Below, in pieces: positions 39,387-49,417 of a stretch of DNA of 64,000 bases. Each line of letters begins with the position of its first letter. Within the stretch, counting starts at the first letter, position 1. The stretch covers positions 1 through 64,000 of IMG/VR virus record IMGVR_UViG_3300035698_022898. One strand, given 5' to 3'. The DNA comes from a virus. The notes beneath the pieces were generated by a model that had not been told where the DNA came from, did not search any database, and saw only the letters and a list, made by a program, of their open reading frames with translations. The translations under genes were made by a program, and so were the position numbers.

Positions 39387-39965
39387 ATGGAATGGGTAGC
39401 AAGTTTAATGGGCGGTCCTTTTTCCGCTATCTTTGGTGGGGTGTTGGGAGCCGCTGCTGGTATTTTTAAACAGTGGCAAGAACTCAAAGCCATTCGTGAG
39501 CAAAACCGTCATAAAGAAAATATGATGGAAAAAGAAATGCTCATGATGGAAAAGGAACTAGCTTCCACCGAAAAACTACAACAAATCAACGCCGACAAAG
39601 AACGGGATGTTGCTCAAGAAGGAACTTTCCGGGAAGCTGTTCGTCAAGAAGGCAAAGATATTTTGGGAAGCATATCCCAAGGAGCTCCTGACTGGGCACG
39701 GGGCATTGTGATGGTAGTGCTCACACCTGTTGAAGTCTTACGTAGAGGTATACGACCTGGCGTATTTATTTACCTGACATATAAAGTGGTGGGTTTTATG
39801 AATGAATTCAAAGCTGCGGGGATTGCTATGACCCCCGCAGTAGCTGGGGATTTGTATTTACTCACTGTCAATGCAATCATAGCCGGGTTTATGACTGCAC
39901 TCAATTTCTGGTTCGTAGGTCGGAGTAAATTTGTTCAAAACAAATTGGAGAAAATGACCAGCTAG
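39387..39965 (+). CDS. putative holin (3TM type)
   Basis: IRPG, C-terminal FWFVGRS, hydrophobic segments; next to the lysin. Confidence 0.7.
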   Translation: MEWVASLMGGPFSAIFGGVLGAAAGIFKQWQELKAIREQNRHKENMMEKEMLMMEKELASTEKLQQINADKERDVAQEGTFREAVRQEGKDILGSISQGAPDWARGIVMVVLTPVEVLRRGIRPGVFIYLTYKVVGFMNEFKAAGIAMTPAVAGDLYLLTVNAIIAGFMTALNFWFVGRSKFVQNKLEKMTS

Positions 39966-40525
39966 TTTCGGGGGCCGCCACCTACTCGACCTCCTTCACT
40001 ACCATATCCAGAGGTGGAGTAATCGTCTGCTTCTCGAATTGCTGCCCAACACTCCTCACATCGATAATTAGAGGTGGGTTTTCCGCAAGTAGTACATACG
40101 CGAGACCCACCTCTTGAATTTTTTTGTACTCTTATATTAGCTTTTTTTAGACAAGACGGACAGAGTTTTTTATAGGATCTAATGTCTCCCATGGGGTGTA
40201 TTTCTAAGCACTGAGAACAAGGTGCTTTTCCTTCACAACGTAATTCTTTTTTATGTTGATTTGTGGCGATTCTTATCTGCCGTACGAACTTTTCGTAGTT
40301 GAAGACTACATTACCCTTATAGTGTTTCATTAAGGAGAACAAAGATATCTTGACGAGACCGCCGTCTCCTGTTGTAAGGACATAGTGTGCATTGCTATTC
40401 CCCGCTGTAACAATAATGGGAAAGGAAAATAGGCCCTCTTTTTTAATTCTAAGTCGAGTAGAAATGAAGTGGTCAGGGTATCCTTCATACGGCTGCCACG
40501 TCTCTGGTGGTATTTTCTTTTTCAT
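39962..40525 (-). CDS. NUMOD4-like domain + double zinc-finger protein
   Basis: ETWQPYEGYPDHFISTRLRI; four CxxC pairs. Confidence 0.55.
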   Translation of the reverse strand: MKKKIPPETWQPYEGYPDHFISTRLRIKKEGLFSFPIIVTAGNSNAHYVLTTGDGGLVKISLFSLMKHYKGNVVFNYEKFVRQIRIATNQHKKELRCEGKAPCSQCLEIHPMGDIRSYKKLCPSCLKKANIRVQKNSRGGSRVCTTCGKPTSNYRCEECWAAIREADDYSTSGYGSEGGRVGGGPRN

Positions 40526-41147
40526 TGATTACCTTTATGGTTTGTTCCTTTACCTTCACCATCCCCTCATCCACTTCAAAAACAGTGTCCGCGGATTCTA
40601 TAATTCTAGGCAGATGAGAGATCATGATTATTTGGATGCCCAACTTCTCCGAAATCATTTTAAGCATCTCTGAACAAGCTTCTTGAAGATCTACAGATAC
40701 ATATTTGAACGGTTCATCCAGAATGACTACTCGTCTCTGGTTGGCTAAGCTTATGAAAGCTATCCTAAGAGCAAAGGATGCAACATCCATCGGTCCACAA
40801 CCAGAAGCATCCTCAGGCTTTAAGAGTTCTTCACCACGTTTGAACCACAGCATTGCTTCTGTCTGGTTCCTCCTCTCTACGAATTCTAATACAAACTCGT
40901 AGGGGTCAGGAAAAACAGAACTCAACGCCAAGGAAACTATGGAGGCTATATGGAGTTCTAGTTTAGATAGTGTGGATTTGGCAACATCCTGCACAACGGC
41001 ACGAGCTTGAACCAGATACTCTGCTGACTGCACATTAGTATCTAACTTGATTTTTTCAGAGGCAAGTTGTTCGTTCAAGACTTTTCGTTCCCCTTCAAAC
41101 TGGGAGATTCTTCTAAGGATTTTGTTCAATTCTTCTTTAGGAGTCAC
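40485..41147 (-). CDS. SbcC/Rad50-like ATPase, C-terminal half
   Basis: Signature-like ASGCG, FALRIA, Walker B VILDEPF, H-loop ISH. Confidence 0.88.
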   Translation of the reverse strand: MTPKEELNKILRRISQFEGERKVLNEQLASEKIKLDTNVQSAEYLVQARAVVQDVAKSTLSKLELHIASIVSLALSSVFPDPYEFVLEFVERRNQTEAMLWFKRGEELLKPEDASGCGPMDVASFALRIAFISLANQRRVVILDEPFKYVSVDLQEACSEMLKMISEKLGIQIIMISHLPRIIESADTVFEVDEGMVKVKEQTIKVINEKENTTRDVAAV

Positions 41148-41379
41148 CTAAAGCCTCCTTGATAGATGCTAAGACTTCGGTAATCTGTCCTTCCAGAAGA
41201 TCGGCCTCCTTCTGGAAAGTACACAGAAGCTCGTCACCCTCTTTGGTAGAGGTGACACTAAATTCTTTTTCCAGTTGGTCTCGATTAGCAGAGAGTTGAC
41301 CCTCGACACGAGCTTTACTCTGTTCCGCTTCACTTACTTTTTTATCAAGTCGTTCTAATTCACTAACTATTGGGTCCAT
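41137..41379 (-). CDS. coiled-coil protein (possible SbcC middle fragment)
   Basis: Heptad pattern; overlaps both neighbours. Confidence 0.6.
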   Translation of the reverse strand: MDPIVSELERLDKKVSEAEQSKARVEGQLSANRDQLEKEFSVTSTKEGDELLCTFQKEADLLEGQITEVLASIKEALGDS

Positions 41380-42295
41380 CGTCTATCTCCTCAAATGCTC
41401 TTTGTATAACGTCCTTTACACCCAAAGGAACGCTTTCAACAACCTTCCCTAAGTTTTCTCTAAAATTGAGAGTCACTTCATGTTGGACGGTTAAAGAAGT
41501 AACAAACTCCTCCAGCTTCTCGTTTCGATCCGAGACAATCTGCACCCTGTCAAGATCCATAACTTCTTCAATAGGTTCGATAGGAATAAGATATTTTTCC
41601 AAACTTGTATCGTCCGTATCATAAACATAGAAACAGGGTTGGTGTTTTGTTTGAGCAATCGTAGTACGCATCATAGAACCACAATTAACTAAGTAACGCA
41701 TCCTGTATGTTTGATCAAACGAAGTATGATTATCTCCAGATATAATTAAATCATATGGATGATTTTTTAAGAACGCACTACAAAAATCAAAGGATTCCTG
41801 CCCAGCCCAAAGTTTTTCATTTACAATCATTCTGTGGAGTATAAGAATGTTGGTCACTCCGGGAACAGATTTTATTTTAGGGACTTCTTCTCCCCAGGCC
41901 GCAAAATGGAAATTAACAGTTCTGTTTGAAGTTACAGTGATTGGGTTAGTCGCCAATCCTATTTCCAAAACGCCTGCTTTTTGTAATGTAGTTAACGGGG
42001 TATTGAACCTGGATTGTAAAGAGTGATAACGAAGATCATGCTGTCCGAAAGTAGTATATATCGGAACAGGTGTGATAAACCCTTTTAAGTAATCCAGGTA
42101 TTTGTTTAGTAAAGAGTAGGGCGGAGAATGAAAATCAAAGAAATCTCCAGGTTGTGCAATCGCATCAACAAAATTATCTATCGCCCACTCGTAAATGTAA
42201 CAAAATTTATCGAATTGAGTTTCAAGATAATCGTCCATGCGATTCTTAGGGCGGGAAGCCCTTAAGTGAACATCCCCTAAACAAAGTATTTTCAT
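41363..42295 (-). CDS. SbcD/Mre11-like metallophosphoesterase nuclease
   Basis: GDVH, PGDFFD, GQHD, ILH, GDNH, NCGS. Confidence 0.92.
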   Translation of the reverse strand: MKILCLGDVHLRASRPKNRMDDYLETQFDKFCYIYEWAIDNFVDAIAQPGDFFDFHSPPYSLLNKYLDYLKGFITPVPIYTTFGQHDLRYHSLQSRFNTPLTTLQKAGVLEIGLATNPITVTSNRTVNFHFAAWGEEVPKIKSVPGVTNILILHRMIVNEKLWAGQESFDFCSAFLKNHPYDLIISGDNHTSFDQTYRMRYLVNCGSMMRTTIAQTKHQPCFYVYDTDDTSLEKYLIPIEPIEEVMDLDRVQIVSDRNEKLEEFVTSLTVQHEVTLNFRENLGKVVESVPLGVKDVIQRAFEEIDDGPNS

Positions 42296-42564
42296 CTGGT
42301 AGCCCTTCTAGTTCTGGATTCCACCACAGTATCACTCTTTTGTTCTGCCAATTGTTCTAAGGCAAAATCTGAGGGGGTTGTGAACATAGGAGCGGCTTCT
42401 TTATCTGAATCCTCTACTTTCATAGTGATACATCTTCCGCTTACAACCCCTAAAATTTTATGTTCTTCACCATCCAGAACAATAGTTTTGCCTTTTCCGA
42501 AAAGATTTAAAAGGTAACCCAAATCTTCTCTGTCCTTAGTTTCAGGAACCATTGCTATGGTCAT
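42292..42564 (-). CDS. hypothetical protein
   Basis: GGAGG RBS before MTIAMV; ATGA coupling to the nuclease. Confidence 0.55.
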   Translation of the reverse strand: MTIAMVPETKDREDLGYLLNLFGKGKTIVLDGEEHKILGVVSGRCITMKVEDSDKEAAPMFTTPSDFALEQLAEQKSDTVVESRTRRATR

Positions 42565-43687
42565 GTGACTCCTCCCAGGGTTTTTTGCACACAGGACAGA
42601 CACCTATTTTCTTTCGGTAAAGTCTCAGAGCTTCCTGTGCATCATATAATTTTTCTTGTTCGCCTTCTTCAAAAAAGTATAGATCTTTTGATTGCTTTAT
42701 GAGTGTAACCAAGGATTTTATTTTTCGATCCAATTCAGTTTTTTTATTTAGAACCACACGAACAGGCTCTAGAAAACTTCTACATGCTATAATTCCATCA
42801 AAAGTAGGTAACTTTTCATCCAATTCTTTAATGCTGTTCAGTAAGGGTCCCAGTTTACCTATTTTCTTATCTAGTTCTACTTTATCCCCCACCAAACCTC
42901 GCAATAAATCTATCATTTTGCGTTGTAAAGCTATCTTGGCAAACTTTCTACGATTAGCATTTTGAGTATCTATAAAATCAAGTATAAAAATCAACCTTTC
43001 AATTTTTTCTCGTAATTTCTCAAGTGCAACTACTTTAGATTGGAGACCCTCAGCTTGCTGTTTGATATCATCTAGTCCGTCATAACTCAGCAATCGTTCT
43101 TCGGTGTCAGTGATAACACCTCTACCTGTTTCGATATCTCTGTTAGTGCCCAGAGTCCATTTATTGATTATCTTAAAGACAGCTTGAATATCTTCTAATC
43201 CAACTACAGAGTTCAACTCCCGCATAACTTCGCCAGGTGTGGATCTGATAAGAAAGTGCTCGTCAAGCTGGGGTTGTAAGCTATATTTGGATATGTTGAG
43301 AAGAGAAGCAACCTCAGGGGGAACATCGGATTTTATGGCTTCATACTTATTAGAGTCATCTGTTTTTCCTTCCCCTCTGGATCTACGAAGAACCCCGTCT
43401 TCTCGTTGTGCTTTGGAAACTAGATATACATTCTCTCCTTCCGTTTTTCTTCTGGTGATTGTTTGTTCATCTATATCTAAGTTAACGGTTACAAGACCGC
43501 CTTTTCCGCAGTCCCAATTACGAAAGGCAAAACCTCCAGGTCGGTTTAGAATAACCCAACGTAATGCCCTGAATACAGAAGACTTGCCGTTATCAGAACT
43601 TCCTACGATGGCGTTGACACCGGGCCCGAATCCCATGAAGGATTCTTTATGGATCTGGAAGTTCTTTATGCGTAGGCTTCGTATCAT
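42542..43687 (-). CDS. SbcC/Rad50-like ATPase, N-terminal half with zinc hook
   Basis: IKNFQIH, Walker A GSSDNGKS, Q-loop, coiled coil, CPVC at the C-terminus. Confidence 0.9.
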   Translation of the reverse strand: MIRSLRIKNFQIHKESFMGFGPGVNAIVGSSDNGKSSVFRALRWVILNRPGGFAFRNWDCGKGGLVTVNLDIDEQTITRRKTEGENVYLVSKAQREDGVLRRSRGEGKTDDSNKYEAIKSDVPPEVASLLNISKYSLQPQLDEHFLIRSTPGEVMRELNSVVGLEDIQAVFKIINKWTLGTNRDIETGRGVITDTEERLLSYDGLDDIKQQAEGLQSKVVALEKLREKIERLIFILDFIDTQNANRRKFAKIALQRKMIDLLRGLVGDKVELDKKIGKLGPLLNSIKELDEKLPTFDGIIACRSFLEPVRVVLNKKTELDRKIKSLVTLIKQSKDLYFFEEGEQEKLYDAQEALRLYRKKIGVCPVCKKPWEESHDHSNGS

Positions 43688-43725
43688 TTTTGAAGTCCTT
43701 ATAGTTCCTAAATATATACTTGATA

Positions 43726-45123
43726 TTATAGATCGTCCCGCACCCGTTGAAAGATGGGGAAGAACAAACTCTTGTCCTCAGTCTCACTCTCTGCAAATAC
43801 TTCTATGATCTGTGGGGTATTGGTCATAAAATCTACTCGTTGTGCTTCGGAGTACCCGCCACCCACACTTACTTCCACACCATTGTAGTCGCATATTAAG
43901 GAGCCCATACAATCTTTGAACTTTCCTGTGGGCTTTCCGTATTCCCATCTAAGAACGGGCAAGTCAACTTCAACTCCAGAACCTTTAATGTACAATGCTT
44001 TATTTTTGCACCACTGATTGTCTCTTTTTCTTTTGTATCCACCATCTATCTTTTTAAGAACCAAACCTTCACATTTCTTAGAAATGAAAGCTTTGGTCAG
44101 TTGATCAACATCCTCTTTCGATCTTAAATCATGATTAAAAACGTGTTGCAAAGTAAGAACTTTATTGGGAACATTCAACTCTGCAGGTATGCCCGTTTGT
44201 ATGGGAAAGTGTTGAGTTAGAAGATCGTATCGAGCATAAAAAGGAAGATCACAAATTACATCAAAGATAAAGAATCTAAAAGTGGACGGGTCCATTTCTT
44301 TTTGTCTTCGAACTTGAGTCATAACTTTCTGGAATCGAACATCTGTTGTGGTCACTTCACCATCAAGTTCTAACGGCCAACCTACATTGTGCATATTTTG
44401 AATATGCTCTGCTTGAGCAAGGATCTCTTCATTTAATACAGCAAAATTGGGGTACGGAAGACCGTTGCGGGAAATATGATGTATATCTCCGTGTTCGAAA
44501 ACCATAGCCGTATTGCGTACACCGTTCATCTTTACGGAGTAACAAAACATATCCCAGAAACAGGAATTATAAGCGTCCATACCTGCTACAGCTTTTCGGA
44601 ATTTATTGAAATCTCTTTGACAAAGCATAACCTCATAAATCTCAAAGTCGGGCCATACTTTCTGGATGGTCTTAGCACCCACACCACAACGAAGGTCCTT
44701 GGTCACAATCCTACGTATCACTTCCACAGTTTGTCTATCGTAAGAGGAAAGTACATCCAAGGCTGCTCTTTCATCGTTGGTACAACCCCGTTTCTTTGCT
44801 AAAATCTCCAGGTAGTCTAGGGCCGCTTCTGCATCAGCCATAGCTGTACGGCCTAAAAAATTTACTTGTGTGGTATTAAATCGAAGAAGAGGATCATATG
44901 CCATAAAGAATATTCTTTTGAAGACCCCGCCTAGCTTTTGGTACTCTTCTGCAAGTATATCCTGTTTGGCATTTTTACTACTTACCGCCGCCAACCTTTC
45001 GAGGGCATTAAAAACTACTGCTAACGATGCAGTCGAGTCCTCGGCAGTAACTTCTGCAACCTGCCTATGAATTCTTCGCACTTTAGGAGCATCGGCTAAG
45101 GAAAAAAATTTGTTGTCTGACAT
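43726..45123 (-). CDS. ATP-dependent DNA ligase
   Basis: KMNGVR (motif I variant), SRNG, LDGE, FDV, EGLVLK, W.K.K, VGGG, FP.F..VRDD; start re-set by GAGGAG RBS. Confidence 0.93.
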   Translation of the reverse strand: MSDNKFFSLADAPKVRRIHRQVAEVTAEDSTASLAVVFNALERLAAVSSKNAKQDILAEEYQKLGGVFKRIFFMAYDPLLRFNTTQVNFLGRTAMADAEAALDYLEILAKKRGCTNDERAALDVLSSYDRQTVEVIRRIVTKDLRCGVGAKTIQKVWPDFEIYEVMLCQRDFNKFRKAVAGMDAYNSCFWDMFCYSVKMNGVRNTAMVFEHGDIHHISRNGLPYPNFAVLNEEILAQAEHIQNMHNVGWPLELDGEVTTTDVRFQKVMTQVRRQKEMDPSTFRFFIFDVICDLPFYARYDLLTQHFPIQTGIPAELNVPNKVLTLQHVFNHDLRSKEDVDQLTKAFISKKCEGLVLKKIDGGYKRKRDNQWCKNKALYIKGSGVEVDLPVLRWEYGKPTGKFKDCMGSLICDYNGVEVSVGGGYSEAQRVDFMTNTPQIIEVFAESETEDKSLFFPIFQRVRDDL

Positions 45124-45265
45124 ACAAGAACTCCTCACTTTTCCGTTAAAACTCGCTACGAGCTCTTCGTTCTAAGCATAGGTAAAGTGTTTTCTTGACA
45201 TAGTATACATAGCTTTTTTGTTCCAGCGTTCTCCGTGAAATTTCCCTAGTTGTAATCATTGAAGT

Positions 45266-45517
45266 TTAATGTATGATACCAGCAGACGCACGCCTTGTGA
45301 TATCTGCAACCGTGCCTTCAAACTCTGCAGAGTGATTGTCTCTACGAGCAACAGCATCCATGAGCGAAATATTCAGTTCGTTTGCTGCCAGTGATACGGT
45401 GATCAGTTCGTCGAAGGAACCCAGCTTTTGAAGAGCACCTCTGACAGTCAAGGGGTTCTCCCCCAAAGTAGTTGCTACAGATTCGACTAGGTTGTTGAAT
45501 AGTTCTGTGGTTTCCAT
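45266..45517 (-). CDS. hypothetical protein
   Basis: AAGGA RBS; has its own promoter. Confidence 0.6.
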   Translation of the reverse strand: METTELFNNLVESVATTLGENPLTVRGALQKLGSFDELITVSLAANELNISLMDAVARRDNHSAEFEGTVADITRRASAGIIH

Positions 45518-45558
45518 TTCGATTTCCTTTTAATAGATTAAATCTAATGCATGTACTT

Positions 45559-45587
45559 ATAATATATGTATTTTTTAGATTTAGCAA
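45559..45587 (-). promoter_or_regulatory. sigma70-type promoter
   Basis: TTGCTA-N17-TATTAT. Confidence 0.6.
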
Positions 45588-46165
45588 GTCGTTCTTATAG
45601 AACGTTTTATTTTCCCCATAGGGTATGTATAATTGTTTTGGTGTGCCAAAGACAGTAGAGACTCGTCTACACGACCTGGGTTTCCCCCTTTGGAATGAAA
45701 CAACATATAAATCATTTTAGCCAGTCCGACTGCATCGGCTTCGTCGTCACACCTAGACTCAATTCCCCAAGTTTTGAATACTTCCAACATCATTTTATCT
45801 TTTTGAGCGTTACCCTTACCGGCAACGAAAATCTTTAATGTAGTAGGAGAAACATCCAGAATGTTTCTTACAGGAACCGCCATTTCCTGTGCCAAAATAT
45901 AGCGCAGTACGCCGCCCAACTCAGCTATGTCAAAAGTTCTGCCCTTTGCCCCCATAGCATACCCTTCAAACAGAACGAACGTGTCTGTCTTGATATCAGA
46001 AATAAAGGAATTAAGAAACACATCCGCAATCATCAAAACACGTTGAACTTTAGTAACCTGTTTCTTGGAGGGGATAGAACCTAAACCCACAACCTCTCCT
46101 TCTTCATCAAGAAGACACCAGCCTGTATTAGATAGACTTACATCCAATCCTAGGTAGTTAGGCAT
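45581..46165 (-). CDS. RuvC-like Holliday junction resolvase
   Basis: LGLDVSLSNTGW, FEGYA, AELGG, P.TLK...G.GNA.K, DDEADA. Confidence 0.9.
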   Translation of the reverse strand: MPNYLGLDVSLSNTGWCLLDEEGEVVGLGSIPSKKQVTKVQRVLMIADVFLNSFISDIKTDTFVLFEGYAMGAKGRTFDIAELGGVLRYILAQEMAVPVRNILDVSPTTLKIFVAGKGNAQKDKMMLEVFKTWGIESRCDDEADAVGLAKMIYMLFHSKGGNPGRVDESLLSLAHQNNYTYPMGKIKRSIRTTC

Positions 46166-47006
46166 TAAAAAATATCCTTTTCCAGTTAGTTAAGGAGTTC
46201 CCCGAGTTGAGGGACATAAAAGAATATCTATCACAAACAGCAAGAAATCCATCTATATCAAATTCGTCTTCTACTAATGTGATGGGGTTTGTTCTTGGGT
46301 GAGGAAGTCTTACCAAAGTTTCATTCAAAGGAAACTGAGGGTCAGCTTTAAATTCTAATATTGCAGGTAGCTTAGACACTACAGCACCCTTAAGATATTT
46401 GATAGCAGTTTTTACTCCTACACCCTTTACCCCAGGAACACAGTCACCAGGGCAACCCATAAGCTGTTTTGCTTTCCACCATAAGGAAGGTTCGATTCCA
46501 AACTCTTCAATGAAATCCTTTTTGGAGTACACACCCTTCTTCCGAAGTTTATACATTTTACAGTAGTCTAACAACTGATATAAATCCTCATCTGAGGATA
46601 CTAAAATATTAGATCCGGGGGTATGCATGACGATCTCAGCAACCAGATCGTCTGCTTCCATTCCGTTTTGTATAAATATGTTACGAAATCCTATTTCTGG
46701 AAGAACTTTTGTGCGTAAAAGATTAAATTGATCAATCGCTAACCGTTGTAAGTTTTTCTCTTCCTCGGTCATCTCCTTTCTTCTGTTGGACTTATATCCA
46801 TCGTATACAGCATGGCGACAAGAAAGAGGGGAGTCCCAGGCAAACGCGAATCTCTTTGTCTGGAACTCCACCGCTAACTTGAGCACCTGTCGCAGGAACC
46901 CGTACATCACACCCGTCTGTTGGTCCTCGAAAGACATGTCTTTGATTGAGTGTTTTACAGTATGCCCAACCGCATGAGAATCGAAGACAACAAGGGTGTT
47001 ATCCAT
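46158..47006 (-). CDS. 5'-3' exonuclease / flap endonuclease
   Basis: AWDS, YKSNR, EADD, SSDEDLYQL, G...D.VPGVKGVG.KTA. Confidence 0.93.
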   Translation of the reverse strand: MDNTLVVFDSHAVGHTVKHSIKDMSFEDQQTGVMYGFLRQVLKLAVEFQTKRFAFAWDSPLSCRHAVYDGYKSNRRKEMTEEEKNLQRLAIDQFNLLRTKVLPEIGFRNIFIQNGMEADDLVAEIVMHTPGSNILVSSDEDLYQLLDYCKMYKLRKKGVYSKKDFIEEFGIEPSLWWKAKQLMGCPGDCVPGVKGVGVKTAIKYLKGAVVSKLPAILEFKADPQFPLNETLVRLPHPRTNPITLVEDEFDIDGFLAVCDRYSFMSLNSGNSLTNWKRIFFNA

Positions 47007-48117
47007 GGAACTTCGCCTTTCGTGTAAGTTTTAAAGAGTCCTCTCTGTCAAGCCATACCGTCCTAGCTATTTCAAAGAGTTTATCCTCCAGTCCTTGTTC
47101 CTCAATTTCTTGAATCAACTCAGCTTGGGAACCCCCCATGTCGAGGTCGAAGGCGTCGATTTCACGAGTACGAGCAGCACGTTTCCAGTGCTTCTCCTCA
47201 ACTAGAAAATCGAACACGGATGTGATATCATCCACACCGTAGTCGTCAAAGATGGAAAATTCCACCTTTCTTTTCTTTCCAGTAACTTTGTTTTTGGATA
47301 CTTTACCAATAACTTTGTTTCCAATTTGTTGCCCCTTGGCCTTCTCTGCTCCCCGCCCAGCTAACCAGATTTCATGGGTAGAGTAAAACTTGAGAGCCCT
47401 GCCTCCAGAGCGAACATTCTTGGGGTCCCAGGGGCTTTTTGCTTTCATGTTATCCCTTGTTTGGGAGATAACGAGAAGCATACCCTCAGACTTGAGAATG
47501 TCCCGAGCAACAACCCGAAACAACTCACTCATAAGGCGTTGTTTGTCTGTCTTGAAAGAACCACCTACCTCTTCTTCATTAGCGTACTCGTCAGAGCGTT
47601 CAACCTCAGCTTTGGAAGTGAGGGCGTCCAAACTGTCAAGGACATAGATGAAGGGTTTGTTTTTCCGGATTGCTTTTAGAATGTTAGTGTAAAATTCTTC
47701 CACAGTCCCTGACATGACATCCTTGGTAAGTCTTTGGACCAAGTTCGGTCCAAACATTGCCTCCATGTTGAACTGTCGAGCAGCTTCCGCGTCGTCGTGA
47801 ATAAGATCATAATCTTTCCAACGATCGTGGTTAGCCATTTCAGCCAGCCCCGAAAGAGCAAGCAATGACTTACCTGCGGAACTATCCCCGATCAAGTTTG
47901 CCATTCTGCCGACACCGTAACCCCCAAAAGGGTCGTTACTACAAGCAAGGTTCAGCATAACGGATCCTGTCGGAAGAAAAATACGAGGTGCAGGAGCATC
48001 CTTTAAAAAAGAATTATCTCCTTCATCATCTCCTTCCTTAAACCCGTCGTCGTCAGGAGGTGCTTCGGGTTGTTTTTCAGGAGTTGTGGAACGTCGGGCC
48101 CTTCTCAACTCTGCCAT
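46999..48117 (-). CDS. RecA/UvsX-like recombinase
   Basis: PTGS..LN, GDSSAGKS, DAE, LDSLDAL, ISQTRD, SGGRALKFYST, KNKV. Confidence 0.93.
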   Translation of the reverse strand: MAELRRARRSTTPEKQPEAPPDDDGFKEGDDEGDNSFLKDAPAPRIFLPTGSVMLNLACSNDPFGGYGVGRMANLIGDSSAGKSLLALSGLAEMANHDRWKDYDLIHDDAEAARQFNMEAMFGPNLVQRLTKDVMSGTVEEFYTNILKAIRKNKPFIYVLDSLDALTSKAEVERSDEYANEEEVGGSFKTDKQRLMSELFRVVARDILKSEGMLLVISQTRDNMKAKSPWDPKNVRSGGRALKFYSTHEIWLAGRGAEKAKGQQIGNKVIGKVSKNKVTGKKRKVEFSIFDDYGVDDITSVFDFLVEEKHWKRAARTREIDAFDLDMGGSQAELIQEIEEQGLEDKLFEIARTVWLDREDSLKLTRKAKFHG

Positions 48118-48135
48118 GTGTTCCTCTTTTGAGTT

Positions 48136-48157
48136 AAGGGGGAGTTTCCTCCCCCTT
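48136..48157 (-). terminator. GC-rich hairpin after SSB (weak terminator or stabiliser)
   Basis: AAGGGGGAG-GAAA-CTCCCCCTT on the minus strand; short U tract. Confidence 0.5.
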
Positions 48158-48163
48158 TATTTA

Positions 48164-49417
48164 CTACGCTCCGCCACCCCGTCTACGGGAAACGGGGGTC
48201 TCTTCTTTGGCGGAAGAAGCTCTGCGGGCAGTTCCGGAAGGTGTCTGAGCTTTACGAGCATGTTCTAGCTCGTCTGCTTTTTTCATGCATTCCTCCCAGA
48301 CAGCACAGGGTTTGGAACAATGATCCAAAGTGTCGATGTCCTTGCCGAAGGTCCCACCACCCGGACATGCTCCCTGAGCAACCTTTTCCGGGGCTTTCTG
48401 TTCCGGGGGTTCTTCTGCGGTCTCAGGTTCTTTGGGGGTGTCTGAGCCTTCTTCAAAAGGGATATCGTCCTCGGGAGGCGTATCCGGCTCTTGTTCGGGT
48501 TCTTGTTCCGGCTCTTGTTCCGGTGTTGCTGCCCGTCGTTTCGGGGAAGCTTCATCCGGTGCCGGAGTTCCTGTTTGAGGAGCACCACCAGCTCGACGAG
48601 AAGTACGAGGAGCATCTGCAGGGGTGTCGTCGGATTTATTCTTCTCGCCAGTATTGAATAAAGCTTCACCCGAAGCACCCGCATAGAACATAGCGCAGAG
48701 TTCCTCGTAATTCTTGATGTGTAGTCTCTCGTCCAGTTGGATACAAGCTTCGAGTTCGTCGTCGGAGATTTTGTAATCCCTTTCGAGGAACTCGTGGGCC
48801 GAGTACTCCGTGGAGTTCATGGTAGTACCGGTGCGTGTGAAGAAAACCTGCTTACCCTCGTCGGGGTCGGTGAAGAGCATGAAACCGCCGTCTTTCTTGT
48901 TACGAGCACGCTCTGCCAGATGTTTCTGCATGTAGAAATGGGAGACTTCCCAAACCTGCACACCTTTTCGTTCTTCGTTACCGTCGTAACAAATGAGGTT
49001 GTACATAGTTCGACGGGCAGCACGAATCTTTCCGATCATCTTCTTGAGAGGTTCCTTGTCGGCGTCAGGGTCTTTGCGAAGTTCGTTCACGTATTCGCAG
49101 ACAGGACAGGGCAACCCGTAGTTGGCCAAGGGGCAAACGATCGAGTCGTCACCGGCACCGATGTTGCGATGGATCCATACGTCCAAGAAGTACGCCCACT
49201 TTCCAGGAACGATGTTTGCATAGTTTTTGGTTGGGTATTTGGTTCCAACTTGCCAAGGAAGAATGTCCACATAGTGGTCACCCTCAGCACATTTCCAGAG
49301 TTTCATGTTTGCTTTGTCAAAGAACGTTCCGAATCGACCAGAGTCATCCTTGTTCTGATATGACTCCTCACTTCGACCCAGAAGGTCATCCTTCATTGCT
49401 TTACGATCAATCCCCAT
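48164..49417 (-). CDS. single-stranded DNA-binding protein (T4 gp32-like) with acidic linker and Cys4 tail
   Basis: ILP, H..IG.....VCP...YG.PCPVCE, FTDPDEG, RTG....TEY; DDIPF; strong codon bias. Confidence 0.8.
   Translation of the reverse strand: MGIDRKAMKDDLLGRSEESYQNKDDSGRFGTFFDKANMKLWKCAEGDHYVDILPWQVGTKYPTKNYANIVPGKWAYFLDVWIHRNIGAGDDSIVCPLANYGLPCPVCEYVNELRKDPDADKEPLKKMIGKIRAARRTMYNLICYDGNEERKGVQVWEVSHFYMQKHLAERARNKKDGGFMLFTDPDEGKQVFFTRTGTTMNSTEYSAHEFLERDYKISDDELEACIQLDERLHIKNYEELCAMFYAGASGEALFNTGEKNKSDDTPADAPRTSRRAGGAPQTGTPAPDEASPKRRAATPEQEPEQEPEQEPDTPPEDDIPFEEGSDTPKEPETAEEPPEQKAPEKVAQGACPGGGTFGKDIDTLDHCSKPCAVWEECMKKADELEHARKAQTPSGTARRASSAKEETPVSRRRGGGA

Noticed and set aside
48737-49363. 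Plus-strand 208-aa ORF opposite SSB (also 61305..61988, 59170..59805, 20264..21091)
   Set aside because: Same shadow effect; they fully overlap well-supported genes on the other strand
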